A DNA stretch of 64,000 bases from Sedimentisphaerales bacterium (GCA_040772485.1 JAXGYC010000007.1:960001-1024000), one strand, 5' to 3'; shown: positions 28,851 through 39,718, counted from the stretch's first letter. The notes: generated by a model not told the origin, from the letters alone. Numbers and translations are program-made.

Positions 28851-29315
28851 TCAAAGCGATGCTCGTGCCGGGCCGCTGCACAACCGATCGATGTCGCGCG
28901 CAACAATCTCGGCCACGAGCTGCTCCAACTGAATCGCGTCCTGGGCCGACGGCTCGACGGCGCGCTGGGGCCCCAGAGCCCGGACCGATGCCGGCCCAGT
29001 CTCACTCGGCGCGCCGCGCGCGTTTCCCGGCGCTCTTCGTTTGCGAGCGGTCATCCGGCGCTGCTCCGCCAGAATCTTCTCCCCCAGATCGAGTGTGGGG
29101 ATATGCCTGGCAGCCTCTTCGTACCGGCTCGGTGGGTCCGGCTCCCTCGGCGCTGCCGCTCGCGGCACAGGGCGCGTCCAGGGTTGAATCTTGGGCCTGG
29201 CCGGCTCGCCGTCGGGCTTGCCGTTGGCGCCGTCCTCTCCGAACGGTGGAATCACATCCATCGCCCGAAGCACTCTCTCCATGTTGCTTCTCATCTTCTT
29301 GCCGGTTTCACTCAC
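28851..29315 (-). CDS. hypothetical protein
   Basis: GTG start with GGAGG SD; co-oriented in the smc-M16-uvrD run. Confidence 0.55.
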   Translation of the reverse strand: MSETGKKMRSNMERVLRAMDVIPPFGEDGANGKPDGEPARPKIQPWTRPVPRAAAPREPDPPSRYEEAARHIPTLDLGEKILAEQRRMTARKRRAPGNARGAPSETGPASVRALGPQRAVEPSAQDAIQLEQLVAEIVARDIDRLCSGPARASL

Positions 29316-29404
29316 GTTTCGAACAACCTCCTCGCAGGAGCCACGGTAGCAGAACCGCCGCCACCGATCAAGTCTGTTGCCTTGTTCAACGCCCTGGGCC
29401 GCGG

Positions 29405-30631
29405 CTATCCCTGAGACACCGGCCCCAGCGAGTACTGGGTGAACCGGCTCAGGTCCAGTTCGCGAATCAACGAGTTCACCTCCTTCACGGTAACCGCCTT
29501 GGTGGCCTCCACATCTTCCTCCACGGAGCGATACTGCCCCAGGTACATCCAGTTGAAGCCCAGATCGACCAGGCGACCCATCGGCAACTCGTTCTTGATC
29601 ACCAGCGCGCTGAGCACCTTGTTGCGGGCCTTGGTCAGTTCCTCTTCCGAGACCCCGTCTCGGAGCAAATCCTGGAAGATTCCTTTGACGATTTCCATGA
29701 CACGAGGGGCGCCGGCGCTGCTGCACCGCAGGTAGTTGTAAAGAATCCCGGTCCCGTCGAGAGGTCCGAAGTGCATCGAGGCCGCCTCGGCGATCGCTTT
29801 GTCGACGAGGTCCCAGTAGAAGCGGGAGCCGAAGTCGTCGCCGACGATCAGCGTCAGCAGAGACGCCGCAAACCGCCTGGGGTCCTGGGCCGAAACACCG
29901 GCATGAACGAGACAGATGTGCTCACGATTCAGGTTGGACTTGCCCAGCCGCTCGGTCGCTCGGGTGCCCTCGAAATCGGTCAGCAGGCGATCCACGGGCT
30001 GAGGCTGCCAGCTTTCGCACCGCCTCTGGACCGTCGCGCAGAACCGGTCCCAGCCGAAGTTCCCGCTGCAAGCCACGATGATGTTGTTGGGCGCGTAGCG
30101 TTTCGCGAAATACTCCCGCATCTGCGCGGCGGTCATGCCGTCGATGCTGGCGGCCGTCCCAAGCACGCTGTTGCCGCACGGGTGGGTCCCGTAGTGCAAG
30201 GTCCGGCATCGATCCACCACGTCGAACGTCGGCGTGTCCTCGTACATCGCGATCTCTTCCTTGATCACGTTCTTTTCCATCGCGAAGTCGTCGTCGCGCA
30301 GCGCCGGACGCATCAGTCCCGCCCACAACTCCGTGATGTCCTCCAGATACTCCGGCAGCACGGACGCGTAGTACACCGTGTTCTCTTCGCTGGTGAACGC
30401 GTTGAACTGTGCGCCGCGTCGGTCGAAGGCCTCGTTGACCTCCAGCGCGCTGAGCGAGTCCGTGCCCTTGAACAACATGTGTTCCAGGAAGTGCGAGACG
30501 CCGTTGATCTCCGGCGTCTCATCGCGCGACCCCGTCCGGACGAAGAACCCGACCGCCGCCGACTTCGCCGACGGATTGACCTCCCCGATCAGCACCAGAC
30601 CGTTCGATAACTTCTTCTGCTCAAATCGCAT
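29405..30631 (-). CDS. M16 (pitrilysin) peptidase, catalytic subunit
   Basis: GVSHFLEHMLFKG (HXXEH), NAFTS. Confidence 0.93.
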   Translation of the reverse strand: MRFEQKKLSNGLVLIGEVNPSAKSAAVGFFVRTGSRDETPEINGVSHFLEHMLFKGTDSLSALEVNEAFDRRGAQFNAFTSEENTVYYASVLPEYLEDITELWAGLMRPALRDDDFAMEKNVIKEEIAMYEDTPTFDVVDRCRTLHYGTHPCGNSVLGTAASIDGMTAAQMREYFAKRYAPNNIIVACSGNFGWDRFCATVQRRCESWQPQPVDRLLTDFEGTRATERLGKSNLNREHICLVHAGVSAQDPRRFAASLLTLIVGDDFGSRFYWDLVDKAIAEAASMHFGPLDGTGILYNYLRCSSAGAPRVMEIVKGIFQDLLRDGVSEEELTKARNKVLSALVIKNELPMGRLVDLGFNWMYLGQYRSVEEDVEATKAVTVKEVNSLIRELDLSRFTQYSLGPVSQG

Positions 30632-30635
30632 AGGC

Positions 30636-31868
30636 TTACTCGACGCGAACCTCCCGCGGGCCGATGGTCACAATGGTGAAGTCGTTGAAGGGTTTCCGCC
30701 TCAAGCACTCCAAAATCGAGTCGACCGTGGTCGCTTCGATTCGTTCCTTGATCTCGTCCAGGCTCCGGACGCGCCCCAGCATGTAGTAGTCGCTGCCGAT
30801 CGCGCCGGCGCGGCTCCCGGATGACTCGCTCTGCATGATCAGCGCGCTCTTGAGTCCGACCTTGGCCCGTTCCAGTTCCTCCTGGCCGATGCCATCGGCC
30901 AGGCGTTGGAACTCGGCGATCACAACGTCGAGAGTCTCCTGCGCCTTGTCGGGGGTCGTGCCGGCGTAGCACATGATGCCGGCAGCGTCCTTGAGACTGT
31001 GGTAGCGCGCCGCAATGGCGTAGCAGAGCCCGCGTTTCTCCCGAACCTCCGTGAACAGCCTGGCGCTCATGCCGCCGGACAGGACCGACGCCGCCACGCG
31101 AATGTTGTAGTAGTCCGCGTCGGTGAACGGGACCGCCTCCGTCATAACACCGATGTGGACCTGCGAGCCCTCGTTCGCAATATGCGTGTACTTGCCCGCA
31201 CGGGCGCCCATCGCAACGGACTGTGAATCGAGGCGTTCGCAGCCGCCGAACAGACTCTCCATCTGTTTGCAGACCGCGTCAAAATCGTACTTGCCTGCCA
31301 CTGCAAAGATCGACCGACCGATGTCGAATCGCGTCCTTACGATCGTTCGCGTTTGCTCGGCGGTCAGACGTTCCAGCTCCTCGATCTCCCCGACCGTGCT
31401 GCGTCCCAGCGGCGTCGGATAGAACCTCTTTCGCAGCTCCAGCATCACCTTCTGGCGGGGCTCGTCGTCCAGCGCCAGAACCTCTTCGATGGCCAACTGC
31501 CTGGCCGGCGTGAACTCCGCATCGCTCAGATGAGGCCGACAGATCGCGTCGGCGTGCAACGCCAGCGCCTCGGCCAGATTGCTCGATTCCAGGGCCGCCC
31601 CGACGGACAGATGCGAACTGCCGATCGAGTCGGACCGCTGCAGGCCCAGCCCGTCGAGCGCATCACCCAGTTGGCGGTTGTCCCGGTCGCCCGCCCCTCG
31701 GAAAACCCAGTCGGAGATGACGTTGGCGACGCCGCAGGCGCCCTCCGGCATCGCGGCGGCGCCCGCCGGCAGCATGAACTCGAACGCCACCGACTCGACC
31801 CCGCCCATGGGTTCGCCCAACAGCACCATGCCGTTGTTCAATACGTGTCTGTCCGTCTTCTGCTCCAT
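30636..31868 (-). CDS. M16 peptidase, non-catalytic partner
   Basis: M16 fold with SARLFTEVREKRGLCY; HXXEH replaced by NVISD. Confidence 0.9.
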   Translation of the reverse strand: MEQKTDRHVLNNGMVLLGEPMGGVESVAFEFMLPAGAAAMPEGACGVANVISDWVFRGAGDRDNRQLGDALDGLGLQRSDSIGSSHLSVGAALESSNLAEALALHADAICRPHLSDAEFTPARQLAIEEVLALDDEPRQKVMLELRKRFYPTPLGRSTVGEIEELERLTAEQTRTIVRTRFDIGRSIFAVAGKYDFDAVCKQMESLFGGCERLDSQSVAMGARAGKYTHIANEGSQVHIGVMTEAVPFTDADYYNIRVAASVLSGGMSARLFTEVREKRGLCYAIAARYHSLKDAAGIMCYAGTTPDKAQETLDVVIAEFQRLADGIGQEELERAKVGLKSALIMQSESSGSRAGAIGSDYYMLGRVRSLDEIKERIEATTVDSILECLRRKPFNDFTIVTIGPREVRVE

Positions 31869-32010
31869 GCACGATCCTTAAGCGTTCGAAAAAGAACGCG
31901 GATTCTATCACCCCGCCGTGGCCCCTTCAATACGATCCGGCGGCGTGATCGGACCGCCCCCTCCGGAATCGCAAATGACTTGAGGCTCCCCCGACAACGG
32001 TCCCCCCTGG

Positions 32011-35000
32011 CTATGCGGCAGCAGGTTCTTCTTCGTATTCGTCGAAGCGCACGCTGATCTTCTTGCTGACGCCCTGCATCTGCATGGTCACGCCAAACAG
32101 CACATCCGCGATGCTCATCGTCCGTTTGGTGTGCGTGATGACAATGAACTGGCTTTCTTTCTGGAACTCCCGCAGCAGCAGCGTGAAGCGTTCGGTGTTG
32201 GCTTCGTCGAGCGCCGCGTCGACCTCGTCCAGGAAGCAGAACGGAGACGGCTTGCTGCGGAACACCGAAAACAGCAGCGCCAGAGCCGTCATGGATTTCT
32301 CGCCGCCGCTCAGAAGAGAAATGCTGCGGGTTTCCTTTCCCGGAGGCTTGGCAATCACTTCGATCCCGGCTTCGAGCACGTCGTCGGCGTCCTCCAGGAC
32401 GATGTCGGCCTTGCCGCCACCGAAAAGCTTGCGGAAAATCTGCTGGAAGTTCGTTCGGATCTGTTCGAAGGTCTCGACGAACTTCTCCCGGCTCTGCTTG
32501 TTGAGCCGGTTGATGAGCTGCTGCAACTGCGACTTGCTCTCGTTGAGGTCCTGCACCTGGTTGGCCAGGAAGGTGTGGCGCTCTTCGAGCGTGGTCTGTT
32601 CTTCAATGGCGTCGAGGTTCACGTTGCCGAGCCGCTCGATCTTGCCCCGCAGCTCGTTGATCTCGCCCTTGACCTGTTCCCAGTTCACGTCGTCGGTCGT
32701 CCGCTCGGCAAACACGTCGGCCAGCTCGATCTGCAACTCCTCGCGGACGCGTTCCACGAGGTCCTGCTGGCGGACCTCCAACTGACCGATCTGGATGCGA
32801 ATCTCGGCGATGACGCGTTCGGCCTCCTCCTTGTGCGCCCGGGCGGTCCGAGCCACTTCTTCGCGGCGCTTCTGCTCGGCCGCGAGGCTCTCCAGCTCTT
32901 CCTGCAACTGCCGATTGCCCTGCTGTTGCGTCTCCTTCTCCACGAAGAACTCCGAGACGGCAGATTCGCATTCGAGGATGTCACGCTGCGCCTCGGCGGC
33001 CTGCTCGGCACACAGTTGCACGTCCCGCTCGGCCGCCGCGAACGTCTTGAGGTTCGTCTCGATCTGGTTCTCCAGGCTTTCGATGATCTGCTTGAGCCCC
33101 TTCTGCTGCTCCATGGCCTGGCCCAACTGGACCTTCAGCTCCGTCAGCTCCCGGACCCGGCTTTGCTGCTGCTGGCGAAGCTCATCGTACATGGTCTCGA
33201 GTTCGCGGATATGAGCGGCCCGCTGGTTGTTCACCGCCTCCAGCTCCGTCAGACGCTGCTTCGAGTCGTATTCCTTCTGCACCGACTGGGCGATCTCCTG
33301 CTCCAATGATCCCAGTTCGCTGGCGATCAGCGGCTCTTCCTCTTTCAATCGCTTGATGTCCTGCTCGAAGTGCGCCAGCTTCGAGTTCACCTGGGTCTTC
33401 TCGGTGTTGGCCTCATAGATGGCGGTGCGCAAGTCCTTGCACAACTTCTCGAGATGGGCCTTCGTCTGCGTGTTCCGCTGGATGTGTCCCTCCAACTGGG
33501 CGATCTCGGCGTTGATGTGATCGATGGTCTCCTGCAGTTGGTCGATGCGGCTGCGTCTGGAGATCAACCCCGACGCCTTGCCCAGCGGCCCGAGGCGAAG
33601 CAGTCCATCGGCACGGAGGCATTCGCCCGTCGGTGTCACAAAGGCGTAGCCGGCTTGCAGATAGCCCGAAAGCTCCGTCGCGACCTGCAGCGATTCCACC
33701 AGGATCGTCTTGCCCAGCAGCTTCCACGCCAGCGGAGCATAGCGGCTCTCATACGAGACGAACTCGACCAGTCTTCCCCGGACGCCGGGGTACTTCGAGA
33801 AATCCACGTCATCCACAAACGGTTCCACCCGGTCGAGGCAGCAGAAGTGCAACCGGCCCGCCAGCGCCGACAATGTGTCCGCATCCGCCAACAGCTTCGC
33901 GGTGTTCCTGACCAGCAGCACGTCGGTCATCCCCTCCAGCGCCGCTTCCACCGCCGTGGCGTGCTCCACATGCGTCTTGATCTTGTCGGCCAGAATCCCG
34001 TCGATGTAGTCGATCTTGCGGCTCTCATCGGCCTGGGTCTGCAGGATGCTCTTGACGGCCTGTCCCAGACCCTCATGGCGCCTCTCCATGTCGCCCAGCA
34101 CCGCCAGTTCACTGCTCAGGGCGCTGCGGGCCTCCTTGTTGCCCGCCAGTTGCCTGCCCTGCTCGACGATCTGGGTTTCCGCCTCTTCGATCTTGTGGCG
34201 CTTCGACTCCAGGTTCTCTTCGAGCTCGGTCAGCACGCGCGTGATATCGGCCAGACGGGCGTTGTGCTGCGCCTTGTCAGTCAGCAGCCGCTCGAGCTCG
34301 GCTTTGGCGGTCTGGGCCCGCCCGGCCAGCCGGTTCCGCTGGTTCGACAGGTTGTCGCGGTAGTTCGACAGACTCTGAATCTCATTGTGAAGCTGGGCGG
34401 TCCGACGCACGATATCGATGATCCCGGACTTCTCGTCGTCGAGCTCCGCTTCCAGGGACGCCAGTTGGGCATCGGCCTCTTCCGTGATCGCCTGGATCTG
34501 ATGAATTGCCTCGGTGCGCTGCCGGACGGTGTCGTCGCAGCCGGCCACCTCTTCCCGGTGACGGGCCAGATCCCGGCTGACCGCTTCAGCCTGTCCGCGA
34601 AGCCGCTCGATTTCGCTGCCGGCCGTCGCCTTTCGCCTGCCCAGTTCCTCGATGCGGGACCGCAGAAAATCGATCCGCTGGAGCTTCTGATCGATCTTGC
34701 TCTGAATGGCGACGAGCGTGTTGCCCGTCTCGCTGAGCCGGTGCTCCGTTTCGATGATGGCGTTGCCCAGCCGGCTCATCTCGGCTTCGGCCCCGGCTTC
34801 CTCGGCCGCCACGGCGGAGAACCGATCGCCCGCTTCGTTCAGGGCACGGTTCCTGTCGTCGAGCTGCTCTTTGTTGCGGCCGTACTCGACCAGCGAGTAG
34901 TTGACCTGCAACTCCTTGAGGCGCGACGTGTATTCCAGGTAGTTGCGCGCCTTGCCCGCCTGGAGCTTGACGCTCCGAAGCCGCTTGGCCACCTCCTCGA

Positions 35001-35595
35001 GAATGTCGGCCAGGCGCAACAGGTTCTGCTCGGTGCGTTCGAGCTTGCGAAGGGCCTCCTTCTTGTGCGCCTTGTACTTGCTGATGCCGGCGGCCTCTTC
35101 AAAGACGATCCGCCGGTCGGCCTTGGAGGCGCCCACCAGTTGCTCGATCTGTCCTTGTTCGATAATGGAATAGCCTCGGTTGCCGACGCCGGTGTCCATG
35201 AACAGCTCGCGGACGTCCTTGAGCCGGCAGACCTTGTTGTTGATCCGATACTCGCTCTCGCCGCTGCGATAGATCCGCCTGGACACCTGGACCTGTTCGG
35301 TGTCGATCGGCAACCGTCCGCTGGCGGCCCCGCCGGGGTTGGAGATCACCAGAACCACTTCGGCCGAACCGGACGCCTTCCGGCTGCCACTGCCGCTGAA
35401 GATCACGTCGGCCATCTGGTCGCTTCGCAGGCTCTTGAGCTTCTGCTCGCCCAGCACCCACTTGACCGCATCGACCACGTTGCTCTTGCCGCACCCGTTA
35501 GGTCCGACAATACCGATGATAGAAGCATCGAAATTGAACTCCGTGCGATCGGCAAAGCTCTTGAATCCGTCCAGTATGATCTTCTCAAGTCGCAT
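32011..35595 (-). CDS. smc: chromosome segregation protein SMC
   Basis: GFKSFA, GPNGCGKSN, long coiled coils with hinge, LSGGEK, LDEVDAALD. Confidence 0.97.
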   Translation of the reverse strand: MRLEKIILDGFKSFADRTEFNFDASIIGIVGPNGCGKSNVVDAVKWVLGEQKLKSLRSDQMADVIFSGSGSRKASGSAEVVLVISNPGGAASGRLPIDTEQVQVSRRIYRSGESEYRINNKVCRLKDVRELFMDTGVGNRGYSIIEQGQIEQLVGASKADRRIVFEEAAGISKYKAHKKEALRKLERTEQNLLRLADILEEVAKRLRSVKLQAGKARNYLEYTSRLKELQVNYSLVEYGRNKEQLDDRNRALNEAGDRFSAVAAEEAGAEAEMSRLGNAIIETEHRLSETGNTLVAIQSKIDQKLQRIDFLRSRIEELGRRKATAGSEIERLRGQAEAVSRDLARHREEVAGCDDTVRQRTEAIHQIQAITEEADAQLASLEAELDDEKSGIIDIVRRTAQLHNEIQSLSNYRDNLSNQRNRLAGRAQTAKAELERLLTDKAQHNARLADITRVLTELEENLESKRHKIEEAETQIVEQGRQLAGNKEARSALSSELAVLGDMERRHEGLGQAVKSILQTQADESRKIDYIDGILADKIKTHVEHATAVEAALEGMTDVLLVRNTAKLLADADTLSALAGRLHFCCLDRVEPFVDDVDFSKYPGVRGRLVEFVSYESRYAPLAWKLLGKTILVESLQVATELSGYLQAGYAFVTPTGECLRADGLLRLGPLGKASGLISRRSRIDQLQETIDHINAEIAQLEGHIQRNTQTKAHLEKLCKDLRTAIYEANTEKTQVNSKLAHFEQDIKRLKEEEPLIASELGSLEQEIAQSVQKEYDSKQRLTELEAVNNQRAAHIRELETMYDELRQQQQSRVRELTELKVQLGQAMEQQKGLKQIIESLENQIETNLKTFAAAERDVQLCAEQAAEAQRDILECESAVSEFFVEKETQQQGNRQLQEELESLAAEQKRREEVARTARAHKEEAERVIAEIRIQIGQLEVRQQDLVERVREELQIELADVFAERTTDDVNWEQVKGEINELRGKIERLGNVNLDAIEEQTTLEERHTFLANQVQDLNESKSQLQQLINRLNKQSREKFVETFEQIRTNFQQIFRKLFGGGKADIVLEDADDVLEAGIEVIAKPPGKETRSISLLSGGEKSMTALALLFSVFRSKPSPFCFLDEVDAALDEANTERFTLLLREFQKESQFIVITHTKRTMSIADVLFGVTMQMQGVSKKISVRFDEYEEEPAAA

Positions 35596-35703
35596 ATTCC
35601 ATCCGGTTCTGACTGTTCTTCCGCGAAGACACCCACCCCGAGTCCGGGCGATTATCGGACAACACGCCTTGGTGTTATCGGCCTGACGCAGGCCATTCCT
35701 TGA

Positions 35704-37314
35704 CTATTCGGCGATTTTTGGCAGGGGACCGGCCCAAAACTCCGCGCTGACCGCACCCTTGGCGGCCAACTGCTCCAGGACCGCCACCACATCCGCGTAC
35801 GGCACGCCCAGGCCGGAAACGTCTGCGGCGTCTGCGCGAGACCGCTCCGCCCCGAGCGCGCGGACGATCTCGCTGACCGAAAAACTGGTCCGGACCGGAC
35901 CGAGCACCCCAGGGCCTGTCGGGTTCTTCCGTGTCAGCGACACGTGGTCCTGGCCGGCGCGGGAATTGACAGTGACCGTCTCATTGGCCGCCTCCGCAAA
36001 GATGTTGTCGCGACAGGTCAGCGGGGCGCCGAAGAGCACGACCCGCGGCTGACCGCTCCGTGAGACAAAAATCGCCTTGCGGTCGGTCTGGACAACGTGT
36101 TCGAGGTGGAAACTACGTCCGACCAATTCCCGACTCACGGCGGCATCCTCCATGTTTCGCAGCGCCTCATAGGCCGCCAGAATCATGCGCGCGTCTTTGT
36201 CACGCAGCAGCCGACGGGCCAGCGAGATGGCGTCGTTTCGGCGGGCCGAGACCACCATAGCCTCCAGCGCCTCGCCTCGCAAGGGCGATGCCTCGTCCAA
36301 GGCAACGGTCCTCAGGGCCTCAATCGCCCCATCGTCGCGCAGGTTCAAAGCACATCGAGCCGCTCGCAGTCGAACCTCCTGGTCAGGGGCATTCCACAGG
36401 GGCCGCAGGCTCGCCAGGCTCTCGCGTCCAATGGCCTCCAGGGCGATCTCGCAACTCTCCCCGGCCTGAGACTCCGCGAGCCCCCTGGTCAGCGTCTCGA
36501 TCCGAGCCGCCTTCAACTCCGGCGTCTCGTCCAGGAAGGTGGCGGCCAGTATCGAGACGAAGCGCATCTTCCGCCTGCGGTAGTCCGGCGGAATGACGAA
36601 CTCCACGTCGCGGGGCGACACGGCGCGTGCGGTATCCATCCCGTATCGCTCGTTGAGGCGATTCCGGATGGCGCTGGCCCTGGCAAAATCGGCCCGGCGC
36701 AGCCGGAGATTTCCCACATAGTCGTATTGAGCGATCCCGCCGCCGAGGACGTAACCGGTTGTCGGGTCCGGCTCGGCCACGGCGATCGTGTTGATGAACA
36801 CGGGTCCTTCCACCACTGCCAGCGTCCTGGCGGCCGGGCCGAACGTTCCGGCCAGCTTGAGATCCGCCTTGTACAGCCAGCCTCCGTGCAGCGAGGTGGT
36901 GTCGGAGCCGGCCACGGGAGTGACCTTCACGTCCAGACGGTCCCCTCGCGACGCCGCAGCGGGAACGATGCCTTCCAGTCGCACGACCGCCGTGGTCTTG
37001 CTGTTGATCAGATTGTCGGGAGCCACCGAACCGCCCGGCACCTGGGCCAGGATGAACTGCTTGAGGTAAGCGCGAATATTGGGTGGACAGGACGCCGAAC
37101 CGGTGCCCGCAAGCCCTCCGACGAGCCCGTACCCTTCCACCTGCAACGGTTCCGGTCTGGCGGCATCGGCGACCGAACCAACGGTCAGACCCAGTTCCTT
37201 GCCGATCACCGGATCCGTCGCGGCGGACTTGTCGTTTGGCCCGCAGCCGATCAGCATCATCGGCACAAGCAGGAGCCCCGCTCCGAATGCGATACGTCCC
37301 TGAGATGTCTTCAT
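35704..37314 (-). CDS. FlgI-like (P-ring family) lipoprotein with HEAT repeats
   Basis: Lipobox LIGC; VEGYGLVGGLAGTG, GDRLDVKV..SLHGG; HEAT-like helices. Confidence 0.8.
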   Translation of the reverse strand: MKTSQGRIAFGAGLLLVPMMLIGCGPNDKSAATDPVIGKELGLTVGSVADAARPEPLQVEGYGLVGGLAGTGSASCPPNIRAYLKQFILAQVPGGSVAPDNLINSKTTAVVRLEGIVPAAASRGDRLDVKVTPVAGSDTTSLHGGWLYKADLKLAGTFGPAARTLAVVEGPVFINTIAVAEPDPTTGYVLGGGIAQYDYVGNLRLRRADFARASAIRNRLNERYGMDTARAVSPRDVEFVIPPDYRRRKMRFVSILAATFLDETPELKAARIETLTRGLAESQAGESCEIALEAIGRESLASLRPLWNAPDQEVRLRAARCALNLRDDGAIEALRTVALDEASPLRGEALEAMVVSARRNDAISLARRLLRDKDARMILAAYEALRNMEDAAVSRELVGRSFHLEHVVQTDRKAIFVSRSGQPRVVLFGAPLTCRDNIFAEAANETVTVNSRAGQDHVSLTRKNPTGPGVLGPVRTSFSVSEIVRALGAERSRADAADVSGLGVPYADVVAVLEQLAAKGAVSAEFWAGPLPKIAE

Positions 37315-37558
37315 GTCGGCTGAGTTCCCATTGTAAGATGCGAAATCGACGCAAATTGCACGAGGCTGATACTATGGTCAGGGCGGACAGGCGTCAAGTC
37401 TATTCGCTGATCTCGCACGCGCCAAAGGGGGGCACTCCAGCGCACTGCGTCGCGGAATGCCGCTCTTTCGAGGCCCTCGTGTGATATAATAGGGTTATTG
37501 ATACAGCCGCAGTCGGGGTTCCGAATCGGCCCCGGCATGTTAAGGATGGGACTCGGTG

Positions 37559-39511
37559 ATGAAACAGGGAATGGTCGCAATGGGGCTCGCAGTAGCTGCC
37601 GGCGTCCTGCTGGGCGCCGCTGTTGTCGTCCACGCACAGCCTTCCCTCTCGCCCGCTTGCGGGACGCTCACGGTCCAGGACCGAGCGGCCTTTGAGTTCT
37701 ACGCAAATCGCGAGAACTTCCCGGGGGCAATGCAGGTCCTGGAGGTGAAGTTCCTCATCACGGACGTCGATACCCTCAGCCCGCAGTTGTACTTCCAGAA
37801 CAGCAAGGCCTACCCATATCATTACTATTTTGCGGTTGAGTGTCTGGGCTGGACGATCGATCTGGAGACCTTCAACCGTCAGACCTATTTCTCCGAGCAT
37901 CGCAAGAACCTGGCCGGAAGCATCATCGCCCACGACCACTATGCGCCCGATGATACCACGCAGGGCATCTACACGATGGAGTTCTGGCCCACGGACCCGG
38001 TGGCATTCGAGTTCGTTGAACTGGCATTCGATCTGATCGGCCGCCAAATGTCCTTTGCCAGAGACAAGCTCCACTACCACGCCGCCGGAGAGACCCAGCG
38101 TGCGTTGTACCAGAGCGAAGAGGATTTGTATCAGGCCTCTTCCGTCGCCGTCATCCAGACCGAAGAGCTATTCGCCGGCGTCAGCTACGCCGCGCTGACA
38201 ACCGGGCAGGCCTACGGACGCCTGAGAGTCATCAATGGTCCTGAAACGGTTTCGGCTCGCGACATTGTAGTCTACCGCACGATCCCCAACACGCTTTCTC
38301 ACGTGGCCGGCATTATAACCGAGATCCCCCAGACACCTCTGTCGCACATCAATGTGAAGGCCAAGCAGAACAACACCCCCAACGCCTACATCCGTGACGC
38401 TGCCACCCGGCCGGATATCCTGGCCTTGGCGGATCGGTACGTTCATTTCGTGGCGGCCCCGGATGGATACACACTGCGCGAGGCCTCGCTGGAGGAGGTC
38501 GAAGCCTTCCTGGAATCGATCCGGCCCGCCAACGCCCAGACGCCGCCGCGGGACCTGGGTGTCACGCAGATTGCCCCGTTGGCCCAGATCGGCTTCGCCG
38601 ATTCCAACAGCTTCGGCGCCAAGGCCGCCAACGTGGCCCAGTTGGGCAAGTTCCTGCCCTCGCGCATGGTTCCCGACGGGTTCGCTGTCCCCTTCTACTT
38701 CTACGACGAGTTCATGAAGTTCAATGGGTTCTATGAGAGAGCGACCGCCATGATGGAGGATCCGGACTTCCAGCGCGACCCGGAGGTTCGCGTCGCCCGG
38801 CTCGCAGCCTTCCAGCGGAGGCTCCGCGACGGCGATGTGCCGGCGTGGATGCTCGACGCCCTCGATGCGATGCACCGGTCCTTCGCGCCCGGGACATCGT
38901 TACGCTGCCGCTCCAGCACGAACAACGAAGACCTGCCCGATTTCAACGGCGCCGGGCTCTATGAATCCTATACGCACCACCCGGACGAAGGGCATATCGC
39001 CAAGAGCATCCGGCAGGTCTGGGCCAGTCTCTGGACGTATCGGGCGTTCGAGGAGCGAGACTTTCACCGTATCGACCACCTCCAGGCCGCCATGGGCGTG
39101 CTCGTCCATCCCAACTACGAAGAGGAGCAGGCCAATGGGGTCGCCGTGACCAAGAACATCTACGACGCCAACTGGCGAGGCTACTATGTCAACGTCCAGG
39201 TGGGCGAGGACCTGGTGACCAATCCGCCGGCCAATTCCATCCCAGACGAGTTTCTCGTCGCCGATCTGGCGGGTCTGGAGCGGTACGAGATTCAGTACAT
39301 ACGCCGTTCCAACCTTGTCCCGGACGGTGGTCCCATCCTTACGAAGGAACAGGTTTTTGAACTGGCGGACGTGATGAGGCTCATCAACATTCACTTCCGC
39401 ACTCTCTACAAGGTACACCCGGCCAGTATTCACTTCGCCATGGACATCGAGTTCAAGGTCACGGCCGACGGCCGACTGAATGTCAAGCAGGCCCGGCCGT
39501 GGATCGACTGA
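37559..39511 (+). CDS. PEP/pyruvate-binding (PPDK_N, ATP-grasp) domain protein with signal peptide
   Basis: GAKAANVAQL, VPDGFAVPF, RCRSSTNNED..FNGAGLYES, VWASLW, DIEFK..KQARP. Confidence 0.85.
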   Translation: MKQGMVAMGLAVAAGVLLGAAVVVHAQPSLSPACGTLTVQDRAAFEFYANRENFPGAMQVLEVKFLITDVDTLSPQLYFQNSKAYPYHYYFAVECLGWTIDLETFNRQTYFSEHRKNLAGSIIAHDHYAPDDTTQGIYTMEFWPTDPVAFEFVELAFDLIGRQMSFARDKLHYHAAGETQRALYQSEEDLYQASSVAVIQTEELFAGVSYAALTTGQAYGRLRVINGPETVSARDIVVYRTIPNTLSHVAGIITEIPQTPLSHINVKAKQNNTPNAYIRDAATRPDILALADRYVHFVAAPDGYTLREASLEEVEAFLESIRPANAQTPPRDLGVTQIAPLAQIGFADSNSFGAKAANVAQLGKFLPSRMVPDGFAVPFYFYDEFMKFNGFYERATAMMEDPDFQRDPEVRVARLAAFQRRLRDGDVPAWMLDALDAMHRSFAPGTSLRCRSSTNNEDLPDFNGAGLYESYTHHPDEGHIAKSIRQVWASLWTYRAFEERDFHRIDHLQAAMGVLVHPNYEEEQANGVAVTKNIYDANWRGYYVNVQVGEDLVTNPPANSIPDEFLVADLAGLERYEIQYIRRSNLVPDGGPILTKEQVFELADVMRLINIHFRTLYKVHPASIHFAMDIEFKVTADGRLNVKQARPWID

Positions 39512-39718
39512 TCCCCTCCTTCACGCCGCGCCTCTGGTCGGAGCGTTCCGGAAAGGTGCGTCCCACCGTCGCCCCGTTCGCAGGGGGCATTGTAACTCGA
39601 GGTTTTCCGGGCCGGAGGCTGATTTTCTGCTTGTTCGGCCCCCGCCGATGCGGTCTAATACCTCCCTCGGAGGTGTGGGAGAAAGACAACAACGGACACA
39701 GATTTGAGGTGACGAAAG

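Noticed and set aside
35704..37314. Flagellar gene cluster
   Set aside because: Only a single FlgI-like gene with a non-canonical HEAT insertion; no other flagellar genes.
39540..39718. Cobalamin riboswitch upstream of the corrinoid gene
   Set aside because: Only scattered AGGTGC and CATTGTAA words; no AGGGAA core or B12 box.
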